Positions 1-9,191 of a stretch of 64,000 nt of DNA are shown piece after piece. The position numbers were made by a program, and so were the translations under genes. The DNA is taken from IMG/VR virus record IMGVR_UViG_3300009709_000002, positions 32,001 to 96,000 of that record. One strand, written 5' to 3'. Each line of letters starts with the position of its first letter. Positions within the stretch are counted from its first letter, which is position 1. Source of the DNA: a virus (lineage: Duplodnaviria; Heunggongvirae; Uroviricota; Caudoviricetes). The notes beneath the pieces were generated by a model. The model made no database searches and was not told the DNA's origin. It worked only from the letters and a program-made list of their open reading frames with translations.

Positions 1-203
1 CTCCCATGCTGATTTCATCAAAGTGATGGCTGATCGCGATGAGTTCCGTCGTTACGCTGTGATTATGAGCTGGTTCGGTTGGAGAAAGAAGATAAGGCAT
101 CAGTGATCCCTTAAAAGCTAGACTTTGTGGGTCATCGCCAGTGAGATCACCGAACGCTTCATTCGAGATTACAACTCGCCCAAGCCTTATCTTTCCGTAG
201 TTC

Positions 204-455
204 TTAAACGGATTGTGGTGGTACAGTGGTATGTTGAACTGCATTGTTTTTTGAATTGAAGTATCGTCTTACCAAGTATCCACGAGCAAGTGAGATCACC
301 ATGAACCACAGGCAGATTTCAAGATTGTCTTGGAACTGAACTTTGATGTTGAAGAACGGAAAGATTACCAGCTGGCTGATCAGCCCCGTGAGGAAGCTAA
401 TCGATACGCCAACTACCGCTTCAACAAAGCTTTGGAGCTTTGTTTGAATGCTCAT
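204..455 (-). CDS. Small phage membrane protein (two hydrophobic helices)
   Basis: 83 aa; QTKLQSFVEAVV...ISLARGYLVRRYFN resembles a widespread phage membrane protein family. Confidence 0.6.
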   Translation of the reverse strand: MSIQTKLQSFVEAVVGVSISFLTGLISQLVIFPFFNIKVQFQDNLEICLWFMVISLARGYLVRRYFNSKNNAVQHTTVPPQSV

Positions 456-540
456 GCGATTTTGATGACCCTGTAATATTCGTAAGCTCTTTCACGAGCA
501 GTTTCGTGCGCCTTAACCAAGGCTTCAAGCATATCAATCA

Positions 541-1197
541 TTACGCTGCTACCTTTCCTACCCACTTGGCTAGGATACCTTCGGTGTCAGGAGCTTTCCA
601 ACCTGCCGGCTTGATAACGTCGAATGTAGATCCACGCTTCGAATCAGAAGCCTTCGTGGCACGTTCTTTCGACATGTTGGCACGCTGAACGTCAGCCCAA
701 AATTCATCCCAACAATCTTGAGTCAGACCCATCTCAGCTGCGCCGAAGACAGCATTTTGATAGATTGCGACGAGTGAATCTTTTACACCCGCGGTGTTGT
801 TTGCAGCGTGAGCGCTCTTATAAGCATCGATAGCGCGATGGAACTTTTCCGACAGTTCGGTGTGGAGATCCTTTGACAGGAAAACAGGACCATTGTAGTT
901 TTCAGTGCGGCCAACAGTGAAAGTATTGTCAACCGGATTTTCAACAGCGAAGTCAAATTCTGCAGGTTGAATACCATGTAGCAGTGCAGCACCACACGTA
1001 ATGTAAACCAAGTCGATAAGCGAATCAATGGCAGTACCGAGATCGCCTTGGTCAAATGAGTCTTCGTATTCCTTGAGCTCTTCATAGAAGAAACCAACAC
1101 GGAACTTAAGGAGATCTGGAGCGAGGAAGGTAAATGCAGGCGGTGTTACGAGACCAAATTTGTCGTGAAAATCACGAACGTCTTTCGAATACGACAT
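541..1197 (-). CDS. MazG-like (DR2231/PRA-PH type) nucleoside triphosphate pyrophosphatase with internal duplication
   Basis: VRDFHDKF, EELKEY, DSLIDLVY, VQRANMSK, KPAGWKAPD motifs. Confidence 0.8.
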   Translation of the reverse strand: MSYSKDVRDFHDKFGLVTPPAFTFLAPDLLKFRVGFFYEELKEYEDSFDQGDLGTAIDSLIDLVYITCGAALLHGIQPAEFDFAVENPVDNTFTVGRTENYNGPVFLSKDLHTELSEKFHRAIDAYKSAHAANNTAGVKDSLVAIYQNAVFGAAEMGLTQDCWDEFWADVQRANMSKERATKASDSKRGSTFDVIKPAGWKAPDTEGILAKWVGKVAA

Positions 1198-1234
1198 ACT
1201 TTGTTATCATCTCCGGATGAGTGTTTATGATGAG

Positions 1235-1267
1235 ATTATATTTCAACTATTACAGGGTGTATATTTT
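1235..1267 (-). promoter_or_regulatory. Putative middle-type promoter AAAATATM-N19-TAnnnT
   Basis: AAAATATA-19 nt-TATAAT; identical spacing in five intergenic copies. Confidence 0.65.
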
Positions 1268-1277
1268 AGCTTGCTAC

Positions 1278-1300
1278 AAAGGAGGCCGAAGCCTCCTTTT
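1278..1300. terminator. Rho-independent terminator
   Basis: AAAGGAGGC-CGAA-GCCTCCTTTT. Confidence 0.75.
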
Positions 1301-1319
1301 CACTCAATTAAATGAGCAA

Positions 1320-1910
1320 TTAGAACTTGATATTGCCGTGCTGGTACACGCCAAAGTACTGGTGCTCAACTGCGATATCAACAGAATCATCGACATCGAG
1401 AATCTTTTCGAACAGGTTGCGAGCATCTGCACCGAATTCAGTTGCGTCCTTGCTGTGGTTCAGCGTCGCACGACGGTGATTGTAAATCACAGCGGTGCTG
1501 ATCCAAGCTTCGAAGTACAGAACAGGAGTTCCGTCAGCTGCAGTGATGTGCTCGAAGTTGCCATCTTCATCGATGTGAACTTGACTGACGATCGCCAGGC
1601 GACCACCGCGCGATCCGCTTACGTCCGAGTAGCCTGCCCACTTGTCGATGGCATCACAGATATCCTTCGCTTCATAGTTCGTGAGGTTCTTTTCACGATC
1701 GATGACCTGGATGATGACGCGATAAAAGTCAGCGTTACCAGTGCTGTTTGCCAGGTCCTTCACACGTTCATTGATGAACGAGCGATCGTTGACGAGGTTC
1801 GAAGCCAGGAACTTCGAAGTACGCGGGTCAAGCTCGATGAATGCCTTAGCGATCGAGAGACCAGAAGCGTGACGGTTTGCTACATTGCCTGGAGTGATGA
1901 TTTCGTACAT
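1320..1910 (-). CDS. Hypothetical protein (start likely MYEII)
   Basis: Open frame with AAGGA RBS before the ATG at 1910; followed by a terminator. Confidence 0.65.
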   Translation of the reverse strand: MYEIITPGNVANRHASGLSIAKAFIELDPRTSKFLASNLVNDRSFINERVKDLANSTGNADFYRVIIQVIDREKNLTNYEAKDICDAIDKWAGYSDVSGSRGGRLAIVSQVHIDEDGNFEHITAADGTPVLYFEAWISTAVIYNHRRATLNHSKDATEFGADARNLFEKILDVDDSVDIAVEHQYFGVYQHGNIKF

Positions 1911-1962
1911 TTTGATTTCCTTATGAAAAGTGATGGCATAAATATGCCATGGAGGACTTATA

Positions 1963-2655
1963 ATGGTTAATGACAATATTCACTACGTTTACGTCTATCT
2001 AGATCCAAGACGACCGTCGCAATGGAACGTTCTCAATAAGTTTACTTTTGACTATGAACCATTTTATGTAGGTAAGGGCAAAGGATCAAGAATGCTAGTT
2101 CATTTGCGAGACACTTCTGCTACAAGAAAAGTAAACAAAATCAAAGCGATCAAACAATTAAATCTTGAACCAATCATAGTTAAGGTCATAGAACATCTAT
2201 CAGATGATGAATCAAAAGCTATTGAAAAATCTATGATCGCCGATCTTGGCACAATTGAGATTGTGCACAATGTAAAACGTGGGCCACTTACCAACTTAAC
2301 AGAAGGCGGTGAAGGTGGTAAACCAAGTGAAGCTGGAATTCAAAGAATAAGAGAATCTAAACTTGGAAAGTCTCGTACAAATTACAATCCAACAGCAGAA
2401 ACTAGACTTAAACTTGGTGCTGCCCACAAAAACAAACCAAAATCAGATGCTCAAAAGAAGAAAATATCTAATGCTCATCAAAAATTGTGGGATTTAGAGT
2501 TTAATGACGGACGACTACCAATAACAATTAAATCTCTCAAAGCATATTGCATTGAAAACGATCTAATTTACTCCTCTATGAAGGGAACGTTAAAAGGCGG
2601 ATTTCATAGAGGAGTAAGAGCTATCAGAAATTATTCTGAAAATTCAACCAAATAA
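1963..2655 (+). mobile_element. Free-standing GIY-YIG-like homing endonuclease gene with NUMOD3-type repeats
   Basis: YVYVYLDPR...FYVGKGKGSR..H, LTNLTEGGEG, ETRLKLGAAHK and QKKKISNAH repeats; AT-rich; antisense to neighbours; GGAGG RBS. Confidence 0.8.
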
Positions 2656-3947
2656 CGAAGATTTGCTTGCGATGTGCGATACACAATAATTTCATCATTT
2701 AGCACACCAGACTTTCCAGCTTCAGCGAAGCATGAATCGAATCCAGCCTTCTGCCCATTTCCAGTTGAACGAGGATAGTATGGTTTGCCTAGAGCTACAT
2801 CTGCGAGAAACATATAACACACCGTGTCACGTTTGTTAGAGTCCCAATAACCAAAGCTGTAATTGAGTGATTTTGTAGAAGCTGTTGCAAAATATAATCC
2901 GTTGCCAAACAATGCTCCAGCAATTTGCATTGTAGACAATGTTTTAGGAAGCACCAATCCACGTTTCATAATGCTAAGCACATTGAACATACGTGTTCCA
3001 TGCCAAAGCATTTGAATATTACCGACATTCTTTCCGTCTGCTTCAAAAGCAGACGCCATATGTGGAATATCTACTTCATATACTCGCACTGGTTTCAATT
3101 TTGAAGCAACATGCATATCCTTTCGAGTATCATAATACTTCTTAAAGATAGATGCTTCTAGAGCTTTATCTTCTACAACCTTGAGCTTCACTTCAAAAGT
3201 CGATTGAGCTGGCTTACCATCATTCTTCTTAGGCGCCTTAGCAGCATCTACGAGACGTTGGTTGGCGAGATCAACCGATGTTTCAAGCTGATCGAGCAGT
3301 GACGATTGCTTAGCAATGTCTTTGTCGTCAGAGATGAAATAGCGGTGCCATCCACGATTTGAGGGTGTGCGCTGTGGAACGAGGCGAAGATAATCGCCAA
3401 GAGCTTTGACGTAGTCAGGATTGTCGAAGTCACGTTTGATCACGAACTTCGTCATGTCTGCTAGGTGATCTCGAGCTGCATCAACCGCTTCACCGGTGAT
3501 CACACCCATCGCAGTGGAGATGATACCAGTTGAGAGATCGATGTCCATCGCTCCGCCGGTCGATGCGATCAGTTCATGTCGGTTAGCTTCAGCCAGCTTC
3601 TTAACGAGAGTAGACACAACCGGACAGCCTGCGCCGATTTCGGCTTCAGCGATCTTCTTGAGTTGTTCTTTCGAAAGGCTTGAACCAGAGGCAACAGGCG
3701 TTTGCTTTGCAGCAACGATCTGAATTTCTGTGTAGGGAGCGGTTTTGTCGTTCAGCTTCTCACGAATCTTCGTGTTGAGCTTCTTACGATCGAGAGTTTG
3801 TGGCTTCGTGGTGGTTGATGTAACATCGATGCGACCATAAGTGAAGGTCATCGTGTTGTCATCATAGACGGAGTATTCCCAGAACTTGTTGTTGTTTTCA
3901 AGCGGGTTTACTGCGACATACTTCTTATGTTCAATTACGGTTGCCAT
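2631..3947 (-). CDS. Poly(ADP-ribose) polymerase-like protein (WGR + helical + catalytic H-Y-E domain)
   Basis: NNNKFWE..YGRI (WGR-like); LWHGT, GALFGNGLYFA, KSLNYS, MFLADVALG, LNDEIIVY..Q..LRYLVEF. Confidence 0.9.
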   Translation of the reverse strand: MATVIEHKKYVAVNPLENNNKFWEYSVYDDNTMTFTYGRIDVTSTTTKPQTLDRKKLNTKIREKLNDKTAPYTEIQIVAAKQTPVASGSSLSKEQLKKIAEAEIGAGCPVVSTLVKKLAEANRHELIASTGGAMDIDLSTGIISTAMGVITGEAVDAARDHLADMTKFVIKRDFDNPDYVKALGDYLRLVPQRTPSNRGWHRYFISDDKDIAKQSSLLDQLETSVDLANQRLVDAAKAPKKNDGKPAQSTFEVKLKVVEDKALEASIFKKYYDTRKDMHVASKLKPVRVYEVDIPHMASAFEADGKNVGNIQMLWHGTRMFNVLSIMKRGLVLPKTLSTMQIAGALFGNGLYFATASTKSLNYSFGYWDSNKRDTVCYMFLADVALGKPYYPRSTGNGQKAGFDSCFAEAGKSGVLNDEIIVYRTSQANLRYLVEFSE

Positions 3948-4040
3948 TATGAGAGTTCCAACTAACTTATTAACGAGAGACTACTTAACGATTATGAATG
4001 CATGGAAGAACTGTGTTTTGTTCTTCCATGACTTTATTTA

Positions 4041-4277
4041 TCAAAAGTGATCTGCGACGGCCTGTACACAGGCTCTTTGCTCTATGTCATCGTTATGTAC
4101 CTGAACGATGTGTTCTGCTAAGGTCTGTCCAACGTTAAAAGCTATGGCACCTTGTTGGAGCATGTACTTCCCGGTAAAATCTACCCTCACCTTGAATTCT
4201 TTCTCAGTGAAGATTGATCCATCTTTTGCAACCCATTTTGCATTCTGAAATTTATGCATTTGTCTTTCGTGGTGCAT
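4041..4277 (-). CDS. Hypothetical protein
   Basis: 78 aa ORF whose start overlaps the rnl1 stop. Confidence 0.55.
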   Translation of the reverse strand: MHHERQMHKFQNAKWVAKDGSIFTEKEFKVRVDFTGKYMLQQGAIAFNVGQTLAEHIVQVHNDDIEQRACVQAVADHF

Positions 4278-5419
4278 CAGTCTTCCTCGGCTACTGAGTC
4301 AAGCAGGTTGATATTTTCAAGTGAATAACTGCTAAGCAGATTCTGTTCAAAATACTTCAAGACATCTTGATAAGAATCATAGCTATGATCGGTGTACATT
4401 CGCATAGCGATCTTGAAGTGCGGATGTTCTCTGTATTTGTTTACTGCTTCGATACGAGAAAGATCTTTCACGCTCATAAAGAGCCGATTCATTTCATCAG
4501 CAATCAATCGCAGATCAGTCATAACTTCCCATTCTACCGCGACGATCGGTGCGATATCAAGACCATCACCGACTAGCTTTGCCTTCAAGTCATCGATACT
4601 TTCATCGATCACCATGCGTGCAATGTCTCGAACACGAAGGAACGTCATGGCGTGGTGTCGATCCATGTACCACTTGGTCTTCACCTTTACCATCTCACCG
4701 TTTTCAAACTGAGCTATCCAACCTTCAAGACCTTCTTCAACTTCAGCACGAGCCAATAGCTCATCGATCGTGCAAAGCTTTATTTCATCTACAAGATCAA
4801 TTCCATAAGCCATCGACAGCTGAGCCAACTCAGTTGGATTGCTGTACACGCCTGTCGTGTTGTCACGAACATGCAGCAGCTTCAACTGATCTTCAGGATA
4901 TGACACTACGATTCGAGCTTTTGGTGAGGTCCACTCGAAAATAGCCGTCTTCCCTTCTTTCGCGATGCGTCTTGCAAAACCACGCCAAAGGCAGTTAACA
5001 TCCTTGTTGAGCCAATCGGTCGCAGCTTTCGCTACGTCAGATTCAAAACTCTTCTTCGACTTCAATGCAACTTCGCCATTTAGCCAAACCGTGTGGATCA
5101 TCGAGCCATCGCGCTTATCCATCAAGCGCATGATCTTTCGACCTTTCAAAACGTGAGCAAGCGTATGTTCCTTCTCATTCACATTGTGAAACTTGTGCAG
5201 CGGACGGCCGATAACATTTCCCTCGGCGTCGAAAGTGATACCGCGAGCTTCACGAGCAAACTCGTCGCTGAAAGTATCTGGTCCAGAGATAATGTAGCTG
5301 CAAATGACAGAGCCATTTGGTTGGTTCATAAAGCGAATTTCTTCTTTATGTGCCAACTTTGGTTCAAGGTCTGAGCGATGGTGTATCACTGGAAAAGGTT
5401 GTGCCTTAAGAAATGTCAT
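4277..5419 (-). CDS. rnlA: T4 Rnl1-family RNA ligase
   Basis: EARGITF, KFHNVNE, KRDGS (motif I), FEWTSP..RIV, EGWI, KVKTKWY. Confidence 0.9.
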   Translation of the reverse strand: MTFLKAQPFPVIHHRSDLEPKLAHKEEIRFMNQPNGSVICSYIISGPDTFSDEFAREARGITFDAEGNVIGRPLHKFHNVNEKEHTLAHVLKGRKIMRLMDKRDGSMIHTVWLNGEVALKSKKSFESDVAKAATDWLNKDVNCLWRGFARRIAKEGKTAIFEWTSPKARIVVSYPEDQLKLLHVRDNTTGVYSNPTELAQLSMAYGIDLVDEIKLCTIDELLARAEVEEGLEGWIAQFENGEMVKVKTKWYMDRHHAMTFLRVRDIARMVIDESIDDLKAKLVGDGLDIAPIVAVEWEVMTDLRLIADEMNRLFMSVKDLSRIEAVNKYREHPHFKIAMRMYTDHSYDSYQDVLKYFEQNLLSSYSLENINLLDSVAEED

Positions 5420-5446
5420 TCTATATCACACTTTGTTGTTGGTATA

Positions 5447-6229
5447 TTATTTTGCTTTTAACGCGTCCAAGAACGATTCAGAGACAATGTTCTTCAATTG
5501 CTGCGCCTTGATTCCCTGTAGGTTAGGAGTCAAGTTACGGTGCGTGAGTTTCTCTACATCTGCAATCGGGTGCACGTATTCAATCGGTTTGTGACCTTTG
5601 ACAGCGTTGGTATTGGTGACAATGAAGGCAATTCCTTCATTTCTCTTCAAGTCGATGTCGACCTTAAAAGTAGCGATCGGAACTGCTACGTGATCTTCAC
5701 CAATAGTCGAAGGTGCACCAGGACAAAAGATCGGGCCTGTGATGACGTAGATATCGCCACGTTCGATCGCTTCGTGTCGAGTGAAGTCTTCAATCTCACG
5801 CCAAACTACTCGGTTATTAGCTGGAGCTTGCGGAACCATGTTCGACAGTAAGAAACTTTCCTGCATTTCGATCGTGTCATCATGGAAATCACCTGCTGGC
5901 GACATGTGACCTTTGTCAAAGCCGCTATGCACAAAATCGGCTGGAGTTGCTCGCTCATTTACAGGAAGCGAGGTGTCAACTTCAAAGGGCTTGCGTGGTT
6001 CAGCGCCAGTGAGGTTAGCTCCAAGCAAATGCTCGGCCGAGTAGAGTGGATCCTTCAAAGCTGGATCATAGTCTACCGTGTAGGCTCGACGGCATAGTTG
6101 GATCGTGTCTGACCCGGCTACTTTGGTTGGATAACCATACGGCAACAGTTGGTCGCATGGGCTAGTAGCGTAGGCCGCTCCAGAAAAGAGGCAAAGCAAT
6201 ACCAGCGCTTTAGAGAGAAATTTGGTCAT
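5447..6229 (-). CDS. Exported DNA/RNA non-specific endonuclease (NucA/EndA family)
   Basis: N-terminal signal peptide; DKGHMSP, SF.LSNMVPQ, N..VWREIE, YVITGP. Confidence 0.9.
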   Translation of the reverse strand: MTKFLSKALVLLCLFSGAAYATSPCDQLLPYGYPTKVAGSDTIQLCRRAYTVDYDPALKDPLYSAEHLLGANLTGAEPRKPFEVDTSLPVNERATPADFVHSGFDKGHMSPAGDFHDDTIEMQESFLLSNMVPQAPANNRVVWREIEDFTRHEAIERGDIYVITGPIFCPGAPSTIGEDHVAVPIATFKVDIDLKRNEGIAFIVTNTNAVKGHKPIEYVHPIADVEKLTHRNLTPNLQGIKAQQLKNIVSESFLDALKAK

Positions 6230-6233
6230 GTTG

Positions 6234-6824
6234 TTAGTTAGAGAAGATTTGATCGATCTGCTTGAACAGATTTTCTAGGCCTTTGGATTTGTCATTCGTG
6301 ATCTGGATATCAACCCATTGATCGAATGTAATCCCGGCCTCTGACGCGTGGTTGTAACGAGCATCTCGTTCCAAGCCTGGAACTTCAATATAGAGCAAAA
6401 CAGCGTCATCGTAGCTGCGAATCCACTCAGCCTCGTTCTCAAATCGAACGTCAGTGATGATTAGACCACGGCTAGTCGTGACGTACTTCTTAAGCTCTTG
6501 CTCTGCTCGCTTGATCCACACATCATCGCGAAGCATTCCTCGGCCATATTCCGTGCCGAGCAGCTGCATAGCTTTACGTGGAGTGAAGTTCCAAAATGGA
6601 TCGACATGCTCTTTGAGCACTCGGTCTTCCATCTGCTCCATTGTGAAACCGAACATAGCGATACACGCTTCTTTCAAAGGGCGTGCAAAAGCGTATCGGC
6701 CGAAGCGGTCTGGAAACTTTGCTTGAATGTAGGTGGCTACTGTGTCTTTGCCACCGTTGAGAGGACCGTGAATGCCGATCAGGTTGAGACCGTCGACAAA
6801 AGGTTTATTATCGTTTGAACGCAT
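6234..6824 (-). CDS. Deoxynucleoside monophosphate kinase (T4 gp1/T5 dnk-like)
   Basis: GIHGPLNGGKDT, FARPLKE, TPRKAMQLLGTE, ITDVRFENE, HASE. Confidence 0.85.
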   Translation of the reverse strand: MRSNDNKPFVDGLNLIGIHGPLNGGKDTVATYIQAKFPDRFGRYAFARPLKEACIAMFGFTMEQMEDRVLKEHVDPFWNFTPRKAMQLLGTEYGRGMLRDDVWIKRAEQELKKYVTTSRGLIITDVRFENEAEWIRSYDDAVLLYIEVPGLERDARYNHASEAGITFDQWVDIQITNDKSKGLENLFKQIDQIFSN

Positions 6825-6896
6825 GCACTACTCAATTAGCTGCGTTAGGTGAGCAGTGAAGCTCGTCTCCGCTTAGCGGGTATCCTATTGTTTGTA

Positions 6897-6929
6897 ATTC
6901 TAATCCAAGTGTGCGAGCTTGGATATTTT
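6897..6929 (-). promoter_or_regulatory. Putative middle-type promoter inside a 14-bp inverted repeat (6830-6843/6931-6944)
   Basis: AAAATATC-19 nt-TAGAAT. Confidence 0.6.
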
Positions 6930-6952
6930 AGCAGCTAATTGAGTGAGAAAAC

Positions 6953-7249
6953 TTAGAAGGTCTTGAGGAAGTTGGAAAACATGAGGAGATCGGCGATAGC
7001 ACCAGTCAGGCAGAGAATGCCGATGGCGACCCAGCCAAAGAAGCGGAGCATTAGCTCATTGACGGTTTTCTCGTCACGGCCCATAAGTGCGTAGGCATCT
7101 GAGCGTGTGAACATCACGATGGTGAGGAGAATGAGAATCAGAACAACTTCGATCGCAGCGGAGATTTGAAATGGAAGAGTGCTCATTTTTATTTGTGTGA
7201 GTGGTCCTGAGAGGCCCTCGTCTAGAAAGATGGTATGGTTACCTTTCAA
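6953..7249 (-). CDS. Membrane protein, two TM helices (start may be the internal MSTLP)
   Basis: Two hydrophobic segments. Confidence 0.55.
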   Translation of the reverse strand: MKGNHTIFLDEGLSGPLTQIKMSTLPFQISAAIEVVLILILLTIVMFTRSDAYALMGRDEKTVNELMLRFFGWVAIGILCLTGAIADLLMFSNFLKTF

Positions 7250-7279
7250 ACTAAACGAGGGTCATGCTTGATCGCTAGC

Positions 7280-7648
7280 TTACTCGCCTTTCTGGAAGTA
7301 GGTAAGCCCGCGGATTTCATCTCCATCCTTCTCAAATTTGCCGAAGTACCACATCTCCGGCCGAGTGAGAAAAACATGCTGCACCATCAGGCCAAAACAC
7401 AGCGCCGATTGGTATTGATCGAACTCGCAAGCGATCTCATAGATAGCCTGGAAGGGAGTGCCTGTCCAGTCATTCCCCGGCATCCAGCTTGACGTGTGGA
7501 TGCGATTCGGCTTCTCATCGATCATGCGGTTGATCTCCGCTTCGATCTTTTCGACGTGATCAGGGCCGAGACGTGTGCACCAACGGACGAAGTCTTTCTC
7601 GAAACGAAGCGAGTGAACTTCTTTCATGCTAGGGAATGCTGTCAACAT
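7280..7648 (-). CDS. Hypothetical protein (start likely MLTAF)
   Basis: AGGAG RBS before the ATG at 7648. Confidence 0.6.
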   Translation of the reverse strand: MLTAFPSMKEVHSLRFEKDFVRWCTRLGPDHVEKIEAEINRMIDEKPNRIHTSSWMPGNDWTGTPFQAIYEIACEFDQYQSALCFGLMVQHVFLTRPEMWYFGKFEKDGDEIRGLTYFQKGE

Positions 7649-7659
7649 GCTACTTCTCC

Positions 7660-7779
7660 TTAACGACGATGCAACACCCAAACAAGGATGAGGAAGATGA
7701 AGGCCAGTATAGCAACTTCACCGACAAACCGGCCGACGGTGAAACCTACTGCTACGAAAAATGATTCGATGAGAAGCAT
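7660..7779 (-). CDS. 39-aa membrane peptide (not in ORF track)
   Basis: MLLIESFFVAVGFTVGRFVGEVAILAFIFLILVWVLHRR fills the gap between two genes. Confidence 0.45.
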   Translation of the reverse strand: MLLIESFFVAVGFTVGRFVGEVAILAFIFLILVWVLHRR

Positions 7780-7790
7780 GGTATGCTCGC

Positions 7791-9167
7791 TTAGAACTTG
7801 AGTTCTTTCAGGTCCTTGACGTAGAGGTCTTGGGCCGTGGTGTCTTGGTAGTACTTGAGGGTCTTCCCAGTTTCTTCAATGTTGCCTTGAAGCTTTTCGA
7901 TCTGGTCCTTTGTCAGGTTGTAGATGCGAATGTTGAGAAGCTCCTCGATGCGCTTGAATCCTTCCGAGGCGAGCAGCGCTTCCAGCTCAGCCTTCGTCTT
8001 CTTAGCCACCTTCGACGAGTTCTCGATGTAGTAGCGAATGAAGCGGATTTTTTCGTTGAGAACCTCGAGGTCATTCTCCAGGTCCTTCATCATGGCCAAA
8101 CGGCGATCTTCATACTTCGACAGACGGAAACCGATGAAATGATCGCAGAGCTCTTCAGCTGTCCCGAACTTCTTGATCTTGTTGTTCTCTGTCCAAACCG
8201 TGAAGTTTTCCGACTCACGAGCGATCAGCTTGAACTTCCGCATGATGTCGTTGTCTTCGAGCAGACCAAGATCGCGAGGCACGTCGATCGTCCAGTCCCA
8301 GCCGGTGTCGTCGGAATTGTTCGCGTAGTCCTTGATGACGTTGGCGTCCTCGAGCTCGTTCAGGAATTCCTTGTACTCATCTTGGTACAGGCCGATCGGC
8401 AGCTCGGTAATGCGAATCTTCGTGGAGCTGATTCGTTCGAAGACACCCTTGAACGTGACCTGGCCGGTGGCTGCGCGAGATACTTCGCCCTTAAAGCCAT
8501 TGTACCACGGCACCAGCTTGATGTTGTTTTTCTTGCCTTGCAGCTTGTTGAGGATGTAGGTCTTCAGATCATCCGGCTTGTAACACAGGATTTTCGTTGC
8601 GAAGCCTGTTCCCATCCCAGACGAGCCATTGATGAGGACGTTCGGCAGGATCGGCAGGTAGTACTTCGGCTCGATCTCATCACCATCCGAGATAAGATGC
8701 TCGAGGATGATGTCGTCTTCCTTCGGGAAAATCTTGCGGAAGAGAGGAGACAGTGCCGTGAAAATGTAACGATCGGCGCCAGCGGCCGGAGAGAGGCGCG
8801 ATCCGAACTGACCGATCGGCTTCAGATAGTTGATGTTGTTCGACCCGGTGTAGTTTTGTGCGAGGCCTACGATGGTCCCGGACAGTGAACCTTCACCGTG
8901 GTGATAGTCCGAAACTTCTGCAATGTGGTTTGCGAGCTGGCCGACCTTGATGCCGTTATCCGGATCGATCCCACCCTTCTTCAACGTACCGAAAATGACT
9001 TTCCGTTGCGAGGGTTTGAAACCGTCAACGATCGACGGGATGGCACGGTCACAGGCGTAGATCGAATAATCGCGGACGGGACCGGCGAAGAGGTCACGAA
9101 CACGGATACTGGTCTTTGCCTGGATCTTTTCGGGAGTGTTGTTTGCCATTCGTTTAGATGTTGCCAT
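7791..9167 (-). CDS. Type II DNA topoisomerase, gp52/GyrA-like subunit
   Basis: RAIPSIVDGFKPSQRK, YHHGE, GQFGSR, AGADRY (catalytic Tyr). Confidence 0.95.
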   Translation of the reverse strand: MATSKRMANNTPEKIQAKTSIRVRDLFAGPVRDYSIYACDRAIPSIVDGFKPSQRKVIFGTLKKGGIDPDNGIKVGQLANHIAEVSDYHHGEGSLSGTIVGLAQNYTGSNNINYLKPIGQFGSRLSPAAGADRYIFTALSPLFRKIFPKEDDIILEHLISDGDEIEPKYYLPILPNVLINGSSGMGTGFATKILCYKPDDLKTYILNKLQGKKNNIKLVPWYNGFKGEVSRAATGQVTFKGVFERISSTKIRITELPIGLYQDEYKEFLNELEDANVIKDYANNSDDTGWDWTIDVPRDLGLLEDNDIMRKFKLIARESENFTVWTENNKIKKFGTAEELCDHFIGFRLSKYEDRRLAMMKDLENDLEVLNEKIRFIRYYIENSSKVAKKTKAELEALLASEGFKRIEELLNIRIYNLTKDQIEKLQGNIEETGKTLKYYQDTTAQDLYVKDLKELKF

Positions 9168-9191
9168 ATGGTTGTCAGTAAGAATATTATA

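Noticed and set aside
6830-6944. Retron msr-msd (a1/a2 inverted repeat with internal hairpins)
   Set aside because: No reverse transcriptase in the window, the msd-like hairpin is too short, and an internal promoter explains the layout better.
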